Shown: positions 1 to 9,325 of the stretch, piece after piece | Position numbering within the stretch: position 1 is the first letter of the stretch | Layout: each line of letters starts with the position of its first letter | NCBI GenBank assembly: GCA_018396405.1 | Contig: JAGTQD010000004.1 | Location: 1-52,734, forward strand | Direction of reading: 5' to 3' | Source of the DNA: Candidatus Bathyarchaeota archaeon | GTDB taxonomy: Archaea; Thermoproteota; Bathyarchaeia; Bathyarchaeales; DTEX01 | DNA length: 52,734 bases | Translations under genes and position numbers: made by a program | The notes under the pieces: model-generated | Databases searched by the model: none | Seen by the model: only the letters and a program-made list of their open reading frames with translations | What the model was told of the DNA's origin: nothing

Positions 1-1788
1 TCAGCTATGACAAATACTGGTGAGGAAAAGCAGTTCATTGCGGAGAAAACAGGAGAGGATGGAAAAGTCATTAACGAGTTTATAGAATATTTAGGAGATT
101 TTGACCCGGATATAATTATTGGTTTTGAGACAAACAGGAAGGATATACCATATTTGATGACAAGGGCAAGAATAAACGGGATTCCTCTAAAGATTGATAG
201 AACTGGCGCAGAGCCCCATACAAGCACATATGGGCATATCTCCATAACTGGTAGGGCCAACATCGACCTCTTTGATTACGCGGACGAATTTCCTGAGGTT
301 AAAATTAAGACTCTAGAATATATAGCAGATTACCTTGGAATTATGAAAATTAAGGAGAGAACGTTGATAGAAGATATCGAGTATTCTCATTACTGGGATG
401 ACCCAAGGAAGAGACCAATATTATTAAAGTTCTCTATGGATAATACGAGATGCATAATGGGTATAGCCGAAGCAATCCTGGACTTTGCCATCCAGCTCTC
501 GAGCCTAGTCGGTTTGCCATTAGATCAAGTGGGCGCTGCGGCGACCGGATTTAGGGTTGAATGGTTTTTAATACGCCACGCACACCAAATGGGCGAATTA
601 ACACCAAAAAAAGTTGAGAGACCATATACCCCATATGCTGGAGCCCTCGTCTTAGAGCCTAAGCCAGGGATACATGAAAATATAGCGGTCTTAGACTTTA
701 AATCCATGTACCCTAATATAATGATAGCGTATAATGCTTCGCCAGACACTTATATTTCGCCGGGAGAGCCGGAGCCGGAGTCTGGCGTCTTCATAGCGCC
801 TGAAGTTAATCATAAGTTCAGGAAAGAACCACCAGGATTTTATCGTGAAGTTCTCACAAAACTTATTAAAGCAAGGGATCAGGTGAGGGCGGAGCTTAAG
901 AAAGTTGACCTTGGATCCATTAAATATAGGCTTCTTGACGCCCGCCAGAAGGCAATCAAGGTGATTGCGAATGCGACATATGGTTATGCTGGATGGATAG
1001 GTGCAAGATGGTATATTAAACCCGTCGCTGAGGCAGTTACGGCGTGGGGTAGACATATAATTATGGATACTATAAAAATTGCAAGAGGGCTTGGTCTAGA
1101 GGTAATTTATGGTGACACGGATAGTATCTTTGTGAAGAATGATCCAGAAAAAATAGAGAAATTATCTAAAATCGTTGAGGAAAAATATTGTTTAGAGATA
1201 AAGCCAGATAAAGTATATCTACGCGTACTTTTCACCGAAGCTAAAAAGCGCTATTGTGGGCTAATGCCTGATGGAAGACTCGATATAGTTGGATTAGAGG
1301 TTGTTAGAGGGGATTGGGCAAATGTTGCGAAGGATATTCAAGAAAAAATTTTAGAGATAATTTTGAAGGAGCGATCTGTAAATAAATCGGTTGATTATGT
1401 GCGCAAATATATAATGGATTTAAGAAGGAGGAAGGTTCCATACCGAGATTTAATAATATGGAAAACGTTAACAAAGTCCCCTGAGGAATATGAGGTGAAA
1501 GCACCGCATGTTGAGGCTGCGAAGCTTCTTCAGAGAGAGGGCTGGACGTTGACCGTTGGTGACAAAGTTGGTTATGTCATAACAACCGGGTCGGGTAAGC
1601 TTCATGAACGGGCGAAACCATACTTCCTAGCATCCTATGATGAAATCGACATAGAATATTATGTGACAAACCAGATAATCCCAGCTGCTCTTAGGATACT
1701 CTCATTGTTCGGTATTAGAGAGAACGATCTATTGCCCCCTAAGACAGGAGATACTCAAACGTTACTCGAGTTCTTCAGGAGAAGCTAG
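1..1788 (+). CDS. polB: Family B DNA polymerase (archaeal PolB3-like), 5'-truncated by the window edge
   Basis: Motifs DFKSMYP, KVIANATYGY, YGDTDS and KKRY are present. The frame is open from base 1 and the N-terminal/ExoI part is missing. Confidence 0.95.
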   Translation, partial: SAMTNTGEEKQFIAEKTGEDGKVINEFIEYLGDFDPDIIIGFETNRKDIPYLMTRARINGIPLKIDRTGAEPHTSTYGHISITGRANIDLFDYADEFPEVKIKTLEYIADYLGIMKIKERTLIEDIEYSHYWDDPRKRPILLKFSMDNTRCIMGIAEAILDFAIQLSSLVGLPLDQVGAAATGFRVEWFLIRHAHQMGELTPKKVERPYTPYAGALVLEPKPGIHENIAVLDFKSMYPNIMIAYNASPDTYISPGEPEPESGVFIAPEVNHKFRKEPPGFYREVLTKLIKARDQVRAELKKVDLGSIKYRLLDARQKAIKVIANATYGYAGWIGARWYIKPVAEAVTAWGRHIIMDTIKIARGLGLEVIYGDTDSIFVKNDPEKIEKLSKIVEEKYCLEIKPDKVYLRVLFTEAKKRYCGLMPDGRLDIVGLEVVRGDWANVAKDIQEKILEIILKERSVNKSVDYVRKYIMDLRRRKVPYRDLIIWKTLTKSPEEYEVKAPHVEAAKLLQREGWTLTVGDKVGYVITTGSGKLHERAKPYFLASYDEIDIEYYVTNQIIPAALRILSLFGIRENDLLPPKTGDTQTLLEFFRRS

Positions 1789-1804
1789 ATGGCATATAGT
1801 AAAC

Positions 1805-2944
1805 TTAGTCAAGTATATCGTCAAATGTCAGTAAGGAGACTCCTAAAGGCTGCTTTATAACGTCTGAGATTCGTGCTCCAATGAGGTATTTAATATTTCT
1901 TTCACTGGCTATATCAACAAGCCTTTGAGTTATTATTCCATCGAAGACTACAGTATTTACACCTTCAATTTCCCTAAGCTTTTCAGCAAGCTCGCTTACA
2001 GGGAGTCTACTAATCCTTTCCATCTTTTCATTAAAGAGAATCGCCTCAAGGCTCCCTTTAAGCTCCTCTGCAGCCTCAACTATCTCCTTTGATACGAGAA
2101 CTCTTTTACGCCTCCTCCGCCGCTCAAGAATCTCCTCAACTGGAACCTTGGCTCGTAAAGCTTCCTCAATCTCCTTAGCCGTTAAATCCTCAACTTCCTT
2201 TCCCCTAGGTGCCCTAGCCACATACTTTATATTAGCGACATTCAACAGCTCCTTTAGAATTAAGTCCCCGCCATGATCGCCATCCAGAAAAGCTGTCGCT
2301 TCTTTCTCCCTAGTTAACTTGATGACTGTATCAGGTATTTTAACACCCTCTAGCGCTATAACATTGTATATACCATGTCTAACAAGATTTATTACATCCG
2401 CTCTGCCTTCAACAATGATTATTTCTTTCGCAGAATCTATTTCCGGACCAGCTGGAAGCTTCTCCGGACCATACTCCCTTATCCTTGCCATTCTGAGTAT
2501 TTCTGAAACTTCTTTTAGCATCTCTTCGGTCTCTGGCAACGTCTCGAGACTCCATTTCTGAAGTATCTCCTTCGCCCTCTCAATTATAGCTTTTCGCTTA
2601 GTCTCCCTTATGTCCTCAATCTTCTCCAAAGTTATTTTAGCTATACATGGTCCAATCCTGTCTATACTCTCAATGCTCGCGGCTATAATTGCTGTTGAGA
2701 CTTTATCTAGACTTGTTGGAATAATTATTGTCCCCGTTGTCTTGTTATCTCTTTGCGAGGTTATTTCAACCTCTATCCTACCAACTCTACCTGACTTCTG
2801 AAGTTCTCTTAAATCTAATTCCGCCCCGAAAAGTCCCTCTGTTTGACCGAAGATTGCGCCAATAACATCTGGCTTCTCAACTATTCCATCAACATCAAAT
2901 CTTGCCCTGATTATATATTTTATTGCCGATGAATGCGAACTCAT
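1805..2944 (-). CDS. dnaG: Archaeal DnaG (TOPRIM, exosome-associated)
   Basis: VEKPDVIGAIFGQTEGL N-terminus, IIVEGRADV and FLDGDHGG TOPRIM motifs. Confidence 0.95.
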   Translation of the reverse strand: MSSHSSAIKYIIRARFDVDGIVEKPDVIGAIFGQTEGLFGAELDLRELQKSGRVGRIEVEITSQRDNKTTGTIIIPTSLDKVSTAIIAASIESIDRIGPCIAKITLEKIEDIRETKRKAIIERAKEILQKWSLETLPETEEMLKEVSEILRMARIREYGPEKLPAGPEIDSAKEIIIVEGRADVINLVRHGIYNVIALEGVKIPDTVIKLTREKEATAFLDGDHGGDLILKELLNVANIKYVARAPRGKEVEDLTAKEIEEALRAKVPVEEILERRRRRKRVLVSKEIVEAAEELKGSLEAILFNEKMERISRLPVSELAEKLREIEGVNTVVFDGIITQRLVDIASERNIKYLIGARISDVIKQPLGVSLLTFDDILD

Positions 2945-3043
2945 TAATCATAACCTCCAAGCAACGGGATAACCTCAAACTACCAATAATATTTTTACTT
3001 CTCTGAAACTTTATCAACATTATTCTTACATATATTTTTCTTT

Positions 3044-3478
3044 TCAGTCATTAAATATATCCTTTTCAACCTTCTTTCTTAGGTTTTTCAAGTAGACTGC
3101 TAATCCCTCTATATCTTTTATATCGTTGCCAAGCAAACCGCATAATTCCCTCCAAAACCTCAAATTAACCTTTACTCTCATCCCCTCAAAAGATCTACAT
3201 AAGCGTATTGCAAGCTCTCTTCCTCTCCTATCAAAGTCTGTTAGTAATATGATTTCTCTATCTGAGAGGGAGATCTCATCTATAATTTCCTGAAGGGTTT
3301 TTCCACCAGACTTAACAGCTACTATATTATCTTTAATTCCGATGGCTCTAAGAGAAACGATGTCTTTCTCTCCCTCAACAATTAGTAACGCGCCTGCTGA
3401 AACCTCATCTTTAAGTCTCTCAATTAAATAATTTAATTTTTCAAGTTTTCTCTCGAGACACACCACAGCTACTCTCAC
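3044..3478 (-). CDS. Small TOPRIM-domain protein (RNase M5-like)
   Basis: LIVEGEKD, LLTDFDRRG and DIEGL motifs. Confidence 0.85.
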   Translation of the reverse strand: MRVAVVCLERKLEKLNYLIERLKDEVSAGALLIVEGEKDIVSLRAIGIKDNIVAVKSGGKTLQEIIDEISLSDREIILLTDFDRRGRELAIRLCRSFEGMRVKVNLRFWRELCGLLGNDIKDIEGLAVYLKNLRKKVEKDIFND

Positions 3479-3496
3479 TTTTCCTAAATAGTTATA

Positions 3497-4342
3497 CTAA
3501 GGTCTTAAAAATTTAATGATTACTATCGGCTTATGCTCCAATCTTTTAAGCATATCCCATGTCACACCAGTTAGACTTACACAAAACCTCTCAGCCATAT
3601 CCCAAACAGTGGAGCCTGATCCGTGCCCTCTAGCCTTCTCGGCAATATCAGCTATGTTAAGCGCTAAATCCACACCTATTATAGCGCCAGCCACCGCAAG
3701 CGGCGTGGGCTTACGCTTAAGTTTGAGAGATCTGCCAACAACATATGCTATAAATCCAAGGAGAGTATGTATTCCCTTTAATGGCCGCAGTCTATGTGTG
3801 AAATGAAAATTTCTAAAGGAATACGTTTTATCCGTGTCAACAATCATTACTACTAGATTTATTCCAAGCCTACTTTTTAGGTACTTATGGATCTCCTCAG
3901 CAATTTGTTGAGCACTTTTTAGAGGGAGACTAACATATGCGTAGGGGAGGTTGCTTCCGTCTATGCCGCCTTCAGAACCCCACATTAAAGCGTGAAGAAA
4001 GCCAGCATATCTCAATGCGACTTCCTTATGGGCTGCGCCCTCCCTGAGCGGGTAATTTCTTAAACGCATAACATTTCTCTTCTTTAAGTGGCATAGGGGC
4101 CCAAGAAAATATCCCCAAACAAATCTCATCCAGAAGCGAGCTAGGAAGCGAGCAAGGAGACTTGGCTTAATGTTCTCTTCATTAATTAGTAGTTTCTTCG
4201 CCACACAAATTGCTTTCTCGGAGATGACTATTATATCGCCGTTAGAAACCCTCCCCTCTATAGCCTTTAATATCTTCTCCAGATAATTTTCTCCAGGCAT
4301 CCAATACTCGGTCTTGATAGCTTCCGCATAAAATTTATGCAC
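3497..4342 (-). CDS. Coenzyme F420-0:L-glutamate ligase-like (CofE/DUF129 family) protein
   Basis: DIIVISEKA, GGIDGSN, VMIVDTD and ARGHGSG match the CofE-like family. Confidence 0.75.
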   Translation of the reverse strand: MHKFYAEAIKTEYWMPGENYLEKILKAIEGRVSNGDIIVISEKAICVAKKLLINEENIKPSLLARFLARFWMRFVWGYFLGPLCHLKKRNVMRLRNYPLREGAAHKEVALRYAGFLHALMWGSEGGIDGSNLPYAYVSLPLKSAQQIAEEIHKYLKSRLGINLVVMIVDTDKTYSFRNFHFTHRLRPLKGIHTLLGFIAYVVGRSLKLKRKPTPLAVAGAIIGVDLALNIADIAEKARGHGSGSTVWDMAERFCVSLTGVTWDMLKRLEHKPIVIIKFLRP

Positions 4343-4397
4343 AATATATATCTGAGGAAGAGACTATATAATTGTTGGGGTAAAACGGTAACAAGAT

Positions 4398-6119
4398 TTG
4401 CGGAGAAGCATGTTATTATCTAAGGAAAAGTCAATTCATTTAAGTGATGAGTTAAAGAGAGAACTCCATTCACTTCTGAATAATAAGATTACTGATGTTT
4501 TTGCTGGTTTAGTTTATGGGGCGTATGCTGGAGGATATGCGGATGAAAAAAGCGCGATAGATGTTTTAGCCATAACTGAGTCAAAAAGAACTATTTTAAG
4601 GTGCTGGTCTGAATGGATAGCAGATAAGAAGGTTCGCTTATTAGTAGTCAACAAGAGTAGTTTCGAAAAAGATATTAAATATGAGTATTTTGGTGGAATA
4701 TTCTCTGAAAACCTTATAACCCCTTATGAGCCGATTATAGGCGCGGATTATTTATGGGACCAAGAGATCAGGGTAAAAAAGAATACTGTAAATAATATCT
4801 TGACCAACTTAGTCTTAGGTTTCCCAGAAATGTCAAGGGACTTTTTGATTAAACCTGAGTACTTCATGTATGAGTATTTTATGCGTAGGGCAATCCTCTT
4901 CCCGCCGATCTCCTATCGCTTTATAAATATTCTAAGGGGAAAGCGAAAGGAAAGAAATCTTGCTAAAATGATTGGGGGATTTAGGGTCGTAATAAAGGAG
5001 CTTATTGATGAAGGATCTCTTTACACGGTTGATGAGAGCTTCCTTAAGATATCTGATGAATATATTACTAAAGCTAAGAGGAGACGCGGATACTATTTAG
5101 CGGGCCTATTTAATGCTGTTAGAATTAATATAGTCCGCTATCTCCTCGGAATTTTTCCAGGAATTAGGGAATCCCTTTTAGATGAGGGCAGAATATGTAA
5201 GACATATTATCTAGGAGACCTCTCTAAAAATCCTCTAAGAGCACTTGAGAATCCGAGAAAACATATCTTTGTGCCGACAGCATTAGGTATAATGCCATTT
5301 AGTGAAAGAATGAGTGTGGAAGAAGCTGTTAGGAAGCTTATTGTTAAAGGTTCTGTTTCTGCCGCATATAGCATTAAAAAGCTGGGCGGGGCCTTTAACA
5401 GCGTATATATCTTAAGATTTTCCAGGGGAGAAGAGAGGAAGATTGTTATTAAAGTGTTTAAGGATTGGTATGGCTGGAAATGGTTCCCAATAACCCTTTG
5501 GACTCTTGGAACAAGAAACTTCGCCGTGCTTGGAAAAACTAGGCTTGAGAGGGAATACACAATAAACAGATTTTTATATTCTAATGGAATTAATGTTCCA
5601 GCGATAATTTATGTAAGCCCAGAAGAAAAAATCGTTATTCAAGAATATATTGAGGGCATAACGGTCTCCAAAGTGATTAAACAGTTACGTGATGCAATAG
5701 GAGAAGAAAAAAGAAATCTTCTTGAGGTTGTCAGAAAAATAGGATGTGAAATAGCTAGGATTCATATGTTGGGTGTATCTCTTGGTGATTGCAAACCCGA
5801 AAATATAGTAGTGGCAAATGATGGAAAGATATTTTTTGTAGACCTCGAGCAAGCGGAAAGAGGTGGAGACCAAGCATGGGATATAGCCGAATTTCTGTAT
5901 TACTCAGGACACTACATTTTACTGCCAGCAAACGTTATTGAGGAAATTGTAAGTGAATTTATAAATGGATATATATCATCAGGCGGAAATATAGAGAACA
6001 TTAAAAAGATCCTGTCACCTAAATATATAAGAGTGTTCAGTTTTTTTACATCACCATATACGCTTTTAGCTATAGTAAACTCATGCAAAAATCTGTTGAA
6101 AGCGCTAGAGTATAGTTAA
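4398..6119 (+). CDS. Nucleotidyltransferase-like domain fused to a Bud32/RIO/Kdo-type kinase domain
   Basis: N-terminal YGAYAGGYADEKSAIDVL is NTase-like. C-terminal VIKVF, LGDCKPENI and FVDLEQ are kinase motifs. The start may be ATG 4410. Confidence 0.7.
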   Translation: MRRSMLLSKEKSIHLSDELKRELHSLLNNKITDVFAGLVYGAYAGGYADEKSAIDVLAITESKRTILRCWSEWIADKKVRLLVVNKSSFEKDIKYEYFGGIFSENLITPYEPIIGADYLWDQEIRVKKNTVNNILTNLVLGFPEMSRDFLIKPEYFMYEYFMRRAILFPPISYRFINILRGKRKERNLAKMIGGFRVVIKELIDEGSLYTVDESFLKISDEYITKAKRRRGYYLAGLFNAVRINIVRYLLGIFPGIRESLLDEGRICKTYYLGDLSKNPLRALENPRKHIFVPTALGIMPFSERMSVEEAVRKLIVKGSVSAAYSIKKLGGAFNSVYILRFSRGEERKIVIKVFKDWYGWKWFPITLWTLGTRNFAVLGKTRLEREYTINRFLYSNGINVPAIIYVSPEEKIVIQEYIEGITVSKVIKQLRDAIGEEKRNLLEVVRKIGCEIARIHMLGVSLGDCKPENIVVANDGKIFFVDLEQAERGGDQAWDIAEFLYYSGHYILLPANVIEEIVSEFINGYISSGGNIENIKKILSPKYIRVFSFFTSPYTLLAIVNSCKNLLKALEYS

Positions 6120-6137
6120 AACTGGGAGAGATGTAGA

Positions 6138-7454
6138 TTGGTAGTTAAAATATCCTTCTATGGCGGCGTGAATGAGGTTGGCGGCAATAAAATCCTAATA
6201 GAGGATGAGGATACGAGGATCTTCTTTGATTTTGGAGCTTCTTTCACTTTGAGAAACAAATTCTACTCTACGCCCTTCCTCTCGCCAAGAAATTGCATTG
6301 AGATGATTAAGACGGGATTACTGCCCAACTTAAAGGGAGTATACTATTTTGATGAATCCGAAAGATATATTGACGCAGTCTTCCTCTCGCATTCCCACAT
6401 GGATCATTCAGCCCATATATCGTTCTTGAGGAGAGATATACCAGTTTACTGTGGTGAGACAACATCTATTATACTTAACGCCCTAAATGAAGTGCGCCCA
6501 GCAGATATGGAGTTTAATCTTAAAGGAATAACGTTTAAAAGATTCCGTACTGGGGATAGTATAAGGATTGGTTCTCTCGAAGTCATGCCAGTCCATGTGG
6601 ATCACTCTGTTCCGGGATCATATGGATTTATAATTTATACTTCCTCCGGCCCAATCGTCTATACAGGTGATTTTAGGAGACATGGGCAGAGACCGGAATT
6701 AACTGAAGATTTCCTAAACGCTTCGGCTAAAGAGAGGCCGGAGGCTGTTATATGTGAGCATACAAATATGACTGAGGTTGAAGTTTCCTCTGAACGTGAA
6801 GTCATGGAGAAACTTGATATGGTGGTCGGAAATACCCGTGGTTTAGTCTTAACAGATTTCGCCTACACTGATGTTGATAGACTGAGATCATTCTATGAAA
6901 TTGCATTGAAGAATAATAGACGGCTTGTAGTTACGCCTAAACAAGCTTATCTATTATATATGTTGAGTTCAGATAGCCGATTAAATGCTCCGAGGCTTAA
7001 AGATGTCTTAGTTTTTCAGAGGGAGAAGAAAAAATATTTTCGGTGGGAGCAGAAGATCATAGATTGCTGTGATGTGATAGACCCGCAGGAAATATCGAAG
7101 AGGCAAAGGGAGATAGTTATGTGTTTACCCTTCTTTAATCTAAATTGGCTTGTTGAGATCGACCCTCTCCCGGGAAGCTGTTATATATTATCGGCGTCGG
7201 AACCATTTAATGAGGAGATGGAGGTAGACTTTAATAGGCTTATAAGTTGGCTTGAGTATTATGGCCTACCGCAGTATCACATTCACGTCTCTGGGCATAT
7301 AACGCCGTTACATCTCAGAAAATATCTAGAAGCAACGAAGCCAAAAAGGGTCTTTCCAATACATGGTGAGCATCAAAAATTATTCAGCAGATTCTTAAGC
7401 GACTTAGGCAGTGAGATAATTCTAGTGGAAAGGGGAGAAACTTATAAATTATAG
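6138..7454 (+). CDS. Beta-CASP metallo-beta-lactamase-fold ribonuclease (RNase J-related)
   Basis: GGVNEVGGN, HSHMDH, VDHS, YTGDF, HVSGH and PIHGE motifs. Confidence 0.85.
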   Translation: MVVKISFYGGVNEVGGNKILIEDEDTRIFFDFGASFTLRNKFYSTPFLSPRNCIEMIKTGLLPNLKGVYYFDESERYIDAVFLSHSHMDHSAHISFLRRDIPVYCGETTSIILNALNEVRPADMEFNLKGITFKRFRTGDSIRIGSLEVMPVHVDHSVPGSYGFIIYTSSGPIVYTGDFRRHGQRPELTEDFLNASAKERPEAVICEHTNMTEVEVSSEREVMEKLDMVVGNTRGLVLTDFAYTDVDRLRSFYEIALKNNRRLVVTPKQAYLLYMLSSDSRLNAPRLKDVLVFQREKKKYFRWEQKIIDCCDVIDPQEISKRQREIVMCLPFFNLNWLVEIDPLPGSCYILSASEPFNEEMEVDFNRLISWLEYYGLPQYHIHVSGHITPLHLRKYLEATKPKRVFPIHGEHQKLFSRFLSDLGSEIILVERGETYKL

Positions 7455-7481
7455 GGAAGACATTAGCGAAAAATTTAGAGA

Positions 7482-8168
7482 ATGGTGATTAAGAATTCTA
7501 TGAGTTGGGAAGAGATTTTAGGCAACATTAAGAGCGCAATTGTGAACCTTGATATCGAGAACATTCAGAGATTATGCCTAGAAGCCATTAAAGCGGGGAT
7601 CCCAGCTTATGATATTATAATGAAGGGGTTTTCTAAAGGTTTAGAAATTGTTGGCGAAAATTATGAAAGAGGAGAATATTATTTAGCCGAGTTAGTCGTG
7701 GCTGGCGAAACCGTTAAAGAGGGCATGAAAGTCCTTGAGCCTTACCTAAAAGGTGATGAAGCCCAAAAAATCGGCAAGGTAGTTATTGGAACTGTCAGAG
7801 GAGACTTACACGACATAGGCAAAAATATTGTCGCAATACTATTAAGAGCATCTGGCTTTGACGTGATAGATTTGGGAGTGGACGTACCCCCAGAGAGATT
7901 TGTTGAGGCTGTCAGAGAGCATAAACCAGATATAGTTGCCATGTCGGCATTACTAACAACAACCATGAATGAGATGGAAAATGTCATCAAGGCGCTTAAG
8001 GAGGCGGGGTTAAGAAATAATGTTAAGGTGATTATCGGTGGCGCCCCCGTAACTGACGAGTTTGCAAAAAAGATTGGAGCTGATGCTGCTGCGAAAGACG
8101 CTGTTGAGGGCGTAAATATATGTAAATCGTGGCTGTATAGGGCTGATCAGTCATGTCAAGCGAACTAA
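7482..8168 (+). CDS. Corrinoid (B12-binding) methyl-carrier protein, MtaC/MtbC-like
   Basis: Helical cap domain plus GDLHDIGKN, SAL and IIGGAP. Confidence 0.93.
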   Translation: MVIKNSMSWEEILGNIKSAIVNLDIENIQRLCLEAIKAGIPAYDIIMKGFSKGLEIVGENYERGEYYLAELVVAGETVKEGMKVLEPYLKGDEAQKIGKVVIGTVRGDLHDIGKNIVAILLRASGFDVIDLGVDVPPERFVEAVREHKPDIVAMSALLTTTMNEMENVIKALKEAGLRNNVKVIIGGAPVTDEFAKKIGADAAAKDAVEGVNICKSWLYRADQSCQAN

Positions 8169-9226
8169 AACCCCGTGAAAGAATAAAAAGGATTTTAGAA
8201 CACCACGAGGCGGATCGCGTCCCAATTCATGATAGTATTTGGCAGGCAACAATTGACCGATGGAGGAGCGAAGGATTACCTCCCGGAGTTTCTCCAGAAG
8301 ATTACTTCGGCTTCGAGATCAGCATCTTTGAGGCGGATACGAGCCCACGTTTTCCAATCCTCGTGCTTCATGAAGATGAAGAATATATTGTCGAAAGGGA
8401 TCAATATGGTGGTGTAAGAAAAAACCGGAAAGATTATTCAACAACCCCCCTAATAATCGATTATCCATGCAAATCTAGAGAGGACTGGGAGGTTTCCATT
8501 AAGCCTAGACTCATCGCTGATGATTATAGGGTTGATTGGGTCTCCGGCCTTAGAAACTTCCACCGTGAGCATAGTCGTGGGCGATTCATAATGTATGGCG
8601 CCACAATAGGGTATGATAGAGCACAGAGATATATCGCCCCTGAAAGACTATTAAGGGCGATTATCAAGGAGCCTGATTGGGTTATTGACATATACCGGAC
8701 CGACGCTAAGCTCGTTATGGAAATGTGTGAGCGAATGATGAAAGGAGGTTTCAAATTTGACGGGGCCTTCCTTTACTGCGATTTAGGCTACAGAAACGGC
8801 TTATTCTTTTCACCAAAACATTTTGAGGAACAACTCCACCCGATTTTAAAAGAACTGTGCCAGTTCTTTCATAGCCATGGAATGTACGTTTTTCTACATT
8901 CTTGCGGCCGGGTTAAGGATCTCATACCCTATTTTATTGAGGAGGGAATTGATTGTCTACAGCCTCTGGAAGTTAAGGCTGGAATGGATTTAATAGAACT
9001 GAAAGAGAAGTATGGAGATAAAATTACGTTTATGGGTGGAATAGATACAAGGCTTATGTCGATAGACGACCCAAGACCAATAGAGGAGGAGATAAAAAGG
9101 AAAATAACCGTCGCTAAAGAGGGTGGAGGATATATTTACCATTCAGACCACTCTATTCCGAAGAACGTTAGCTTCGAAAATTACAAAAGAGTTATCGAGC
9201 TTGTTAAAAAGTATGGTAAGTATTAA
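8153..9226 (+). CDS. UroD-fold methyltransferase (MtaA/CmuA-like)
   Basis: DRVP, HSCG metal motif, GGID and DHSIP. Overlaps the corrinoid gene. Confidence 0.85.
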   Translation: MSSELKPRERIKRILEHHEADRVPIHDSIWQATIDRWRSEGLPPGVSPEDYFGFEISIFEADTSPRFPILVLHEDEEYIVERDQYGGVRKNRKDYSTTPLIIDYPCKSREDWEVSIKPRLIADDYRVDWVSGLRNFHREHSRGRFIMYGATIGYDRAQRYIAPERLLRAIIKEPDWVIDIYRTDAKLVMEMCERMMKGGFKFDGAFLYCDLGYRNGLFFSPKHFEEQLHPILKELCQFFHSHGMYVFLHSCGRVKDLIPYFIEEGIDCLQPLEVKAGMDLIELKEKYGDKITFMGGIDTRLMSIDDPRPIEEEIKRKITVAKEGGGYIYHSDHSIPKNVSFENYKRVIELVKKYGKY

Positions 9227-9325
9227 TGAATGATAGTTATGGACGATTCGTGGGGTTTCAACCAATAAAATTATTTGGCGACTGACCATAAAAATAAATT
9301 TAAACAAGGATTGGTGGGGAAGAGG

